The notes under the pieces: generated by a model
What the model was told of the DNA's origin: nothing
Database searches by the model: none
The model's input: only the letters and a program-made list of their open reading frames with translations
Shown here: piece after piece, positions 57,200 through 64,000 of the stretch
Layout of the letters: each line of letters begins with the position of its first letter
Position numbering within the stretch: the first letter of the stretch is position 1
Translations under genes and position numbers: made by a program
NCBI GenBank assembly: GCA_017935485.1
Contig: JAGBHO010000016.1
Span: 5,882 to 69,881, forward strand
Direction of reading: 5' to 3'
Source of the DNA: Alphaproteobacteria bacterium
GTDB taxonomy: Bacteria > Pseudomonadota > Alphaproteobacteria > RF32 > CAG-239
Length of the DNA stretch: 64,000 nucleotides

Positions 57200-58753
57200 A
57201 TGGATATGAAAGCTGTTGTTCTAGCTCGTGTATCCACCGAAATGCAAGAGGATGGATTCTCTTTAGATGCTCAACTGGATAGATTACGAAACTATTGCTC
57301 AATCAAAGGTCTGGAAATAGCAAAAGAATTTACTTTTGTGGAAAGTTCTTTCCACGGAAAAAGGACTAAATTTTATGAAGCAGTCAATTACATCAAACAT
57401 CAGACCAAATTAACAGCTCTTGTAGTTGATACTGTTGATAGGCTTCAACGAACTTTTAATGAATTCCCAATGCTTTTAGAACTTGTGAAGAAAGGAAAAC
57501 TTGCTCTTCATTTCTTCAAAGAAGGACTTGTGATTGATAAGAACTTTAAGAGTTCTGATTTGGCAATGTGGCAAATGCAAATTTTATCTGCAAATATGTT
57601 TGTTAATTCAACCAGAGATAATGTAAGAAGGTCTGAGGAAAGAATGCTTAAAGAAGGTTTACTTCCCGGTCCTGCACCTATTGGTTATTTAAATGTGAGA
57701 GATGAAAAGGGAAAGAAAACAATTATTATTGACCCTGAAAGAGGACCTATAATAAAAAAATTGTTTGAGGAATACTCAACTGGGCTATTCTCAATGGATG
57801 AATTGGTTAAAAAATCTAAGCAATGGGGATTAAAAAATCGTAAGAGTGGAAACCCAATGACAAAATCACAATTTGCAAGTGTTTTGCAAAATCCATTCTA
57901 TTATGGTGTGATGTTTTACAATAAAACTTTTTTTCCTCATATCTATGAGAAGCTTATTTCTAAAGAGCTTTTTGACAAATGCACAGAAATAAGAACAGGA
58001 AAATTCAAAAGAACTTCAAAACATACTAAAGAACCCTATATTTTTAGAGGATTAGTCCGTTGCAAATATTGTGGTTGCTTACTTTCTCCATACACTAAAA
58101 AAGGTAAGTATGTTTATTTAAGACATACAGAACTGAAAGATTGTGAGCATTGCACCAATGTTAGTGAGCAAATTATCTTGAACGAAGTTCATAAATCTCT
58201 TTTATCCATTAGTTTTGATGATGATTTAAAGGCTAGCTTAGCAACTCGTTTGAAAAAACAATATGAGATAACTCACGGAAGAACAAGTTATCAATTAGAA
58301 AAAAGCAAAAATGAATTGTCTGATGTTGAACAAAAACAGAAGAAACTTTTAGACTTGTTAATTGCAGAAACTATATCTGCTGAAGTATATCGTAGTAAAA
58401 ATGCTGAATATGAAATGCAAAAGATTGACTTACAAAATAAAATTCAATCATTGCAAGCTCCTGATACTTCTGTGGAGAGAGCTATTGATAAGGTATTGAA
58501 TTTTAGTCAAAATTCTTATGAGATTTTCAAAAGTTCGCAAATTGAAGAAAAAAGACGAATTTTAAATATTGTTTTTGCGAACTTTTTTATGGAAGGGAAA
58601 AATCCAGTTATTTCAATGAGAAAAAACTTCAACCTCCTATCAAATTTAGGAGGTTGTCAAGATTGGTGCCCTGGAGAAGACTCGAACTTCCACTGGCTGA
58701 GCCAACATGCACCTGAAGCATGCGCGTCTACCAATTCCGCCACCAGGGCATAA
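57200..58753 (+). CDS. large serine recombinase (integrase)
   Basis: ARVSTEMQ, DRLQR, PAPIGY, LQNPFYYG recombinase domain, CKYCG zinc ribbon, coiled coil; 3' end reads antisense through tRNA-Leu. Confidence 0.93.
   Translation: MDMKAVVLARVSTEMQEDGFSLDAQLDRLRNYCSIKGLEIAKEFTFVESSFHGKRTKFYEAVNYIKHQTKLTALVVDTVDRLQRTFNEFPMLLELVKKGKLALHFFKEGLVIDKNFKSSDLAMWQMQILSANMFVNSTRDNVRRSEERMLKEGLLPGPAPIGYLNVRDEKGKKTIIIDPERGPIIKKLFEEYSTGLFSMDELVKKSKQWGLKNRKSGNPMTKSQFASVLQNPFYYGVMFYNKTFFPHIYEKLISKELFDKCTEIRTGKFKRTSKHTKEPYIFRGLVRCKYCGCLLSPYTKKGKYVYLRHTELKDCEHCTNVSEQIILNEVHKSLLSISFDDDLKASLATRLKKQYEITHGRTSYQLEKSKNELSDVEQKQKKLLDLLIAETISAEVYRSKNAEYEMQKIDLQNKIQSLQAPDTSVERAIDKVLNFSQNSYEIFKSSQIEEKRRILNIVFANFFMEGKNPVISMRKNFNLLSNLGGCQDWCPGEDSNFHWLSQHAPEACASTNSATRA
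58630..58657 (-). terminator. island-supplied terminator for tRNA-Leu
   Basis: CAACCTCCTA...TAGGAGGTTG hairpin followed by AAGTTTTTT on the minus strand, just after the CCA end. Confidence 0.6.
58664..58749 (-). tRNA. tRNA-Leu(CAG)
   Basis: GCCCTGG acceptor stem, CATGC-TTCAGGT-GCATG anticodon arm, long variable arm, TTCGAGT T-loop, encoded CCA; promoter TTGACT-N17-TATAAG upstream. Confidence 0.97.
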
Positions 58754-58778
58754 CCGTAATTCGAAAACACTTATAAAC

Positions 58779-59609
58779 TCATTTTTTTAATAAGTCAATA
58801 TATCCGTACGAATTTAATAACAAAATTGTACCTAAAATGACACGATATATTACAAACGGCAGAAAAGTTGACTTTTGCAGCCACCACATAATGATATAAA
58901 TGGCCACAATTGATGCAATAAACGAATAAGTCACACCGTCAACTGCCAAAATCATCTCCTGAAAATCGCGCGATTCGTACAATTCGAATCCAATCAGGCC
59001 GGCCGCCCCGACAATTGCAGGAATCGCCAGCAGCATTGAAAACTTGGCAGCTTCCTTCCGCTCCAAACCCAAAAAACGCGCCATCGTAATCGTAATGCCT
59101 GAACGGCTGGTACCGGGAATCAGAGCCAGACATTGTGCCAATCCGATCAGCAAGGCGTCAATAACCCCCAAATGCTCAACTTTTCGAATGGTCATACCGG
59201 TACGATCCGCCGCAAACAGAAGCAAACCGAAACCTAAAATCGTCCATCCGATGATACGTGATCCTTCTTCATCCCGAAACTCAATCCCCATACTGCGCAA
59301 AAACAAGCCGAACAAGACCACCGGAATTGTCCCGAGAAAAATCAGCCAAAACAGACGGTTCCCCGGATTTTTAAAATCCGGAATAAAAAAGGTCTTCAAT
59401 GTTCCTTTAATCACCATCCAGACATCGGACCAAAAATAAATCACCACAGCGATAATAGATCCGAGATGTACGGCCACGTCCAAAGCCAATCCCTGATCGG
59501 GAAATATTGTAAATTGCGAAAACAAAATCAAATGCCCGGAAGAACTGACCGGCAAAAACTCAGTCAGTCCCTGCAATACGGACAACAATACGATATGCAA
59601 ATCAGTCAC
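58779..59609 (-). CDS. uppP: undecaprenyl-diphosphate phosphatase
   Basis: QGLTEFLPVSSSGHL, ALIPGTSRSGIT, AAKFS. Confidence 0.96.
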   Translation of the reverse strand: MTDLHIVLLSVLQGLTEFLPVSSSGHLILFSQFTIFPDQGLALDVAVHLGSIIAVVIYFWSDVWMVIKGTLKTFFIPDFKNPGNRLFWLIFLGTIPVVLFGLFLRSMGIEFRDEEGSRIIGWTILGFGLLLFAADRTGMTIRKVEHLGVIDALLIGLAQCLALIPGTSRSGITITMARFLGLERKEAAKFSMLLAIPAIVGAAGLIGFELYESRDFQEMILAVDGVTYSFIASIVAIYIIMWWLQKSTFLPFVIYRVILGTILLLNSYGYIDLLKK

Positions 59610-59612
59610 GTC

Positions 59613-60038
59613 TTAAACTCTCTCTTGTTTAATTCCAAAAGCCGTACACAAACGCTTTTTCAAAGCCGACGGAGAAATCGGCTTTACCAGATACTCCTGT
59701 ATCCCGATATTTTTGGCATCCAGAACTGTTTTTTCCTTCGTGTCAACCGTCACCATAATAATCGGAATTTCTTTGTCTCCGGCCTCATGGTGAAGCTTCA
59801 GTTCTCTGGCAAAATCCAAACCTGTTTTCCCCGGCATCTGCTGGTCCAGCAAAATCACGTCAACCTTAAAATCCGCCAAAATCTCACGCGCTTCTTCCAC
59901 ATCAACCGCCTCGCGCACGGTCTTAATCCCGATCTGATGCAAAGCAGTTTTCATAAAAGTTCGGGAAAACTTGTCATCATCAACAATCAGACAATTAATT
60001 GCTTCCCATAACATACTCTTATTTGCATTTTCACTCAT
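59613..60038 (-). CDS. single-domain (CheY-like) response regulator
   Basis: LIVDDD, LLDQQMPGKTG, IIMVT, YLVKP. Confidence 0.9.
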   Translation of the reverse strand: MSENANKSMLWEAINCLIVDDDKFSRTFMKTALHQIGIKTVREAVDVEEAREILADFKVDVILLDQQMPGKTGLDFARELKLHHEAGDKEIPIIMVTVDTKEKTVLDAKNIGIQEYLVKPISPSALKKRLCTAFGIKQERV

Positions 60039-60075
60039 CTCAACTGCTCCCGTCAGTAGTATTAAATTTTATTTT

Positions 60076-60909
60076 CTATAAAATAAAACAAAATTCATTA
60101 TTATTCGTTAACGACAACAAAGACATCGGATTAAATTTAATCCCCTTAAGACTGGCTCCCCAATGCAAATGCGGACCCGTCACTCTTCCTGTCTTTCCGA
60201 CCTTGCCGATAATATCGCCTTTTTTCACTTTCTGCCCCACTTTAACGCTCATTTCGCTCAAATGGGCATAAATGGTGTGCAGCCCGTAGCCGTGATCCAA
60301 AACAATAACATTTCCGGAATAAAACAAATCATCGGCATTCAGCGTCACAACCGCATCTCCCGCAGCTCTGACTTCTGTTCCTTCGGGCGCGGCAATATCC
60401 ATTCCGGCATGCGGATTCATCTTTTTACCGTTCATAATCCGCTGCCCGCCGAAATGACCGCTGATACGCCCCTCTACCGGCTGAATAAAACCGTGCTTCC
60501 AATAAGATTTTTCCATATCTTTCGCCAAAGCGTCGCCAATCTTCCTGCGTTCGTCCAAAATCGCCGCTTCATCGGCTTTTGACGGCGTTACTTTTCGCTG
60601 CGGTACGCCTTTCAGATTCTGAACATCCCATGCCGTCTTGGCCAGCTTCAGATTAAACTTAACCGACTTGCCGTTCTCGCCTTTAATAACAATCTCCTGA
60701 TTTTCGGCGTCATCACGCCCAAAAGCCAGAATAAATTCGCCGTAAGGAGATACCCGGTGTGTTTTGCCGTTGCTGATAACCTTGGTAAAATAATCCGTAT
60801 GCCCGCGCAAAATCTCGCCCTGCGCCGCTTTGCCGCAAAGCTCGACTGCCTGTACATTACCGGTGCAAAGCAGTCCCAAACTAACCAAACAAATCCATTT
60901 GCAATTCAT
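60076..60909 (-). CDS. M23 family metallopeptidase
   Basis: [24 protein letters not shown]. Confidence 0.93.
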   Translation of the reverse strand: MNCKWICLVSLGLLCTGNVQAVELCGKAAQGEILRGHTDYFTKVISNGKTHRVSPYGEFILAFGRDDAENQEIVIKGENGKSVKFNLKLAKTAWDVQNLKGVPQRKVTPSKADEAAILDERRKIGDALAKDMEKSYWKHGFIQPVEGRISGHFGGQRIMNGKKMNPHAGMDIAAPEGTEVRAAGDAVVTLNADDLFYSGNVIVLDHGYGLHTIYAHLSEMSVKVGQKVKKGDIIGKVGKTGRVTGPHLHWGASLKGIKFNPMSLLSLTNNNEFCFIL

Positions 60910-62212
60910 TTTTATCCACAACTACCTTTGTTTTAACTTTTCCGTCCGCAAAATTAATTTCCAAACCGGCGGCTTTTCTGGCCTGTTCGGCGGAGTAAAC
61001 CGTTTTCCGGCGGCTGTCTTGTACCCAGACAAACCCTCGCCGCAAAACGGATTCTATTGAAACTGCTTCCAATCTAACCGCTAAATTCTTTAAATTTTCT
61101 TGCTTTTTTTCAAAAATATTTAAAATATAATACGGGCGTAAAGCCGCCTGCGCCACCTGAGATTTTTTGCCCTCAGCCATCTGTCTGAACGCGTTTTTCA
61201 AACGTTCAAAACGGTCATCAAGCCTTTGCTGCTGTTCCAAAAGGATTTGCGAAAGCTTGGGAATTCCCCGCGCCAAACCGTCCACTTTGTTTTTGTTTTC
61301 CTGCAGAAAACGGAACATGCCGTTTTTAAGGCGATTCTGCAAATTCTCCGTCTGCATCAAAAGCTCTGCCCGTACCGGAACGGCAAATTCCGCGGCTCCC
61401 GTCGGCGTCGGCGCTCTCATATCGGAAACATAATCAATCAGCATCGTATCGGTCTCATGCCCCACCGCCGAAATCAACGGAATTTCCGAGGCATAAACCG
61501 CCCGTATGACAACCTCTTCATTAAAAGGCCAAAGATCCTCAAGGCTGCCGCCGCCGCGCGCCACAATCAAAACATCCGGCTTGGGAATTGGCCCATTCTC
61601 CGGCATGGCATTAAATCCGGCAATGGCTGCAGCAACTTTTTCCGCCGCCCCTTCTCCCTGAACCGGTGTCGGCCACAACAAAACATGCCGCGGAAAACGG
61701 TCGCGGATTCGGTGAATAATATCGCGGATAACTGCTCCGCTGGCCGACGTCACCACGCCGATGGTCTGCGGCAGATACGGGATTTTTTTCTTATGTGCCG
61801 CATCAAACAACCCTTCCGCAGCAAATTTTTGTTTTCTTTCCTCCAAAAGCTTCAACAACGCTCCGGTACCGGCAACCTCCATTTGCTCTATCACGAGCTG
61901 ATAAGACGACTTGCCGGCAAAAGTCGTGATTTTTCCGGTCGCCACGACTTCCAATCCGTCTTCGGGCTTAAGCGGCAGATGCATCGCCACGCCTTTCCAT
62001 ATCACTGCCGACAAAACGGCATTTTCATCCTTCAAAGAAAGATAATAATGACCGGAATCAGCTCTTTTGCAGCCAAAAATCTCGCCGCGCACCCTGACTT
62101 TGCTGAAATTTGTTTCAACAAAACGTTTGATTTCAAAAGATATCTCACTGACCGAAAATTCAGGAAGCTCTTTTTTTTGCGTTGCTTCAATATAATCTAT
62201 CAAATCTTCCAT
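60881..62212 (-). CDS. xseA: exodeoxyribonuclease VII large subunit
   Basis: [43 protein letters not shown]. Confidence 0.97.
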   Translation of the reverse strand: MEDLIDYIEATQKKELPEFSVSEISFEIKRFVETNFSKVRVRGEIFGCKRADSGHYYLSLKDENAVLSAVIWKGVAMHLPLKPEDGLEVVATGKITTFAGKSSYQLVIEQMEVAGTGALLKLLEERKQKFAAEGLFDAAHKKKIPYLPQTIGVVTSASGAVIRDIIHRIRDRFPRHVLLWPTPVQGEGAAEKVAAAIAGFNAMPENGPIPKPDVLIVARGGGSLEDLWPFNEEVVIRAVYASEIPLISAVGHETDTMLIDYVSDMRAPTPTGAAEFAVPVRAELLMQTENLQNRLKNGMFRFLQENKNKVDGLARGIPKLSQILLEQQQRLDDRFERLKNAFRQMAEGKKSQVAQAALRPYYILNIFEKKQENLKNLAVRLEAVSIESVLRRGFVWVQDSRRKTVYSAEQARKAAGLEINFADGKVKTKVVVDKNELQMDLFG

Positions 62213-62214
62213 CT

Positions 62215-63132
62215 CTAATCCACGTCCAAAAGATTACGGGCAAAATCCGCCGCCCTGAATTCATCCAGATCGTCAATTCCTTCGCCGACGCCGATATAAT
62301 GAACCGGCGTGCCGGCTTCTTCGGCAATGGCAGCCAGAATTCCGCCCTTGGCCGAACCGTCAAGCTTTGTAACCACCAGCCCACTGACCTCTGTCATCTC
62401 TTTAAAAGCCAGAACCTGTGCCAACGCATTTTGTCCGGTCGTTGCATCAATCGTAAGCAATGTCGCCTGCGGCGCGTCCGGAAGAATCTTTTTAATCACC
62501 CGAACCACTTTTTTCAATTCTTCCATCAGGCCTGCTTTGTTTTGAAGTCGTCCGGCAGTATCTATAAAAACAACGTCATCACTTTGCTTAATTGCTTCCT
62601 GCAGCCCTTCATAAACTACGCTTGCGGCATCGGCGCCAATCTCTTTGGCAAAAACCCGTGCACCGCAACGCCCGCCCCAAACCTGCAATTGCTCAACCGC
62701 GGCAGCCCGAAAAGTATCTCCGGCAATCATTGAAACCTTTTTGCCTTGAGCAGACAGCTTGGATGCCAGTTTTCCGATTGTCGTTGTTTTGCCGGCACCG
62801 TTCACGCCGACCATCAAAATTACAAAAGGTTTTTGCACGGCATCAACAATCAGCGGCTTTTCCAGAGGGGTCAAAATCTGCTCGATCTCTGCCGCCAGCT
62901 CACGCCGGATGTCTTTGTCCTCAAGCTCCTTGTCAAAACGTTTTTTGCCAAAGGCTGTCACGATTTTTGCCGATGCTTTCACCCCCATGTCGGCCGTAAT
63001 CAAAAGCTCCTCGAGTTCTTCCAGCATCGCCGCTTCAATTTTTCTTTTGCCGAAAATATCGCTGATGCCGCCGGAAATTTTCTGAGAAGATTTTTTCAGA
63101 CCGATACCGAGCTTTGCCAACCATCCGCTCAC
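62215..63132 (-). CDS. ftsY: signal recognition particle receptor
   Basis: [39 protein letters not shown]. Confidence 0.97.
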   Translation of the reverse strand: MSGWLAKLGIGLKKSSQKISGGISDIFGKRKIEAAMLEELEELLITADMGVKASAKIVTAFGKKRFDKELEDKDIRRELAAEIEQILTPLEKPLIVDAVQKPFVILMVGVNGAGKTTTIGKLASKLSAQGKKVSMIAGDTFRAAAVEQLQVWGGRCGARVFAKEIGADAASVVYEGLQEAIKQSDDVVFIDTAGRLQNKAGLMEELKKVVRVIKKILPDAPQATLLTIDATTGQNALAQVLAFKEMTEVSGLVVTKLDGSAKGGILAAIAEEAGTPVHYIGVGEGIDDLDEFRAADFARNLLDVD

Positions 63133-64000
63133 TTTTTTTCTCCTTGCGTTTTCAAAACTTTTTCCGCAGCTTCGCCTTTTTCTCTCAGCCTCTTTGCCCT
63201 CTCACGCCGAACCTCGACCGGAACCTGAGGCATTAACGCCGCCGGCGTGCCGGAACGCTCCGAATACGGAAAGACATGCAGTTTTGACAAACCGGCTTCA
63301 TCCACCAGCTTTAACGTATTCTCAAACTGTTCTTCGGTTTCCGTCGGAAAACCGCAGATAAAATCAGCCCCGAAAACGGCTTCCGGCCGCAGCTTTCTGA
63401 TTCTTCCGCACAATGCAATAACGTCTTCCCTGCTGTGCCGGCGCTTCATCCGCTTCAAAACCATGTTGTCGCCTGATTGAACCGAGAAATGAAAATACGG
63501 ATGAATATTGGCATATTCCGTCAGCAGGCTGATAAAATTGTCATCAACCGCCGCCGGATCAAGCGAACCGAATTGCAAAGACGGCAAATCGGGAAAAGTT
63601 TGCAAAATTTTTCCCACCAGCCCGCTGAAAGAAGGCTGATACGAGCAGGCATCAACGCCAGTCAGACAAATCTCGTCAAAACCTTGCTTTCTGAGTTCTG
63701 CAATCTGCGACAAAATGTCAGCTTCCGCCACCGAACGGTTATTGCCGCGGGCATAAGGCACAATACAATAAGTACAGCGGTGATTGCACCCCTGCTGTAT
63801 CTGCACAAAGGCTCGCTGCCTACCTTCAAAGCCGGTAATCAGATATCTGTCATAACCGTCATAATCAAAAATATCGCCGACAACGGATTTTTCCGTCAAT
63901 TCCCCGCCGATATACTTTTCAATCTCGGCCTTTTCTTTATTTCCGAGTACCAGATCAACTTCGGGCATACGGGCATACTTCTGCGGCGCAATCTGAGCCG
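63129..64000 (-). CDS. mtaB: tRNA t6A37 methylthiotransferase (partial, 5' end outside the window)
   Basis: QQGCNHRCTYCIVP radical SAM motif, VQSGDNMVLKRMKRRH, HVFPYSER; upstream of ftsY. Confidence 0.88.
   Translation of the reverse strand, partial: AQIAPQKYARMPEVDLVLGNKEKAEIEKYIGGELTEKSVVGDIFDYDGYDRYLITGFEGRQRAFVQIQQGCNHRCTYCIVPYARGNNRSVAEADILSQIAELRKQGFDEICLTGVDACSYQPSFSGLVGKILQTFPDLPSLQFGSLDPAAVDDNFISLLTEYANIHPYFHFSVQSGDNMVLKRMKRRHSREDVIALCGRIRKLRPEAVFGADFICGFPTETEEQFENTLKLVDEAGLSKLHVFPYSERSGTPAALMPQVPVEVRRERAKRLREKGEAAEKVLKTQGEKK

Larger units (their letters stand above)
42575..58669. mobile_element. integrative defence island at the tRNA-Leu 3' end
   Basis: TTGGTGC direct repeat at 42575-42581 and 58663-58669; abrupt AT-rich shift; terminal large serine recombinase; defence cargo. 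Confidence 0.88.

Noticed and set aside
42575-58669. Prophage or ICE
   Set aside because: No terminase, capsid, tail, relaxase or T4SS genes are recognisable.
61226-62733. 330-aa and 183-aa plus-strand ORFs
   Set aside because: Antisense shadows of xseA and ftsY; the same applies to the shadow ORFs over cimA, lpxB, pheST and the RND genes.

Overview
64-kb chromosomal window from a Gram-negative bacterium. Gene order (lpxA-lpxI-lpxB, rpmI-rplT-pheS-pheT, mtaB-ftsY-xseA) suggests an Alphaproteobacterium, possibly an uncultured gut lineage; this is inference only. The core backbone (comEC, cimA, lpx, pheST, lolCD, an AcrR-AcrAB efflux unit, mutY, uppP, xseA, ftsY, mtaB) is interspersed with orphan genes that often lack a Shine-Dalgarno sequence, REP/RPE-like palindromic repeats, and a lipoprotein / beta-barrel / lipoprotein surface locus. 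A visibly AT-rich ~16.1-kb island (about 42575-58669) is integrated at the 3' end of tRNA-Leu(CAG) by a large serine recombinase. It carries RloAB-like, Lamassu-like and three-gene R-M defence modules plus two small serine recombinases. Main leads: (1) the att core lies inside the integrase ORF, so integration and excision would swap its C-terminal tail; (2) a ~500-nt minus-strand structured RNA candidate with strand-specific G-U pairs; (3) a candidate invertible 128-bp segment between an Mpi-like invertase and the R-M operon; (4) a CD38/ADP-ribosyl-cyclase-like orphan with an altered catalytic residue. All protein assignments come from motif recognition by eye; no database searches were run.
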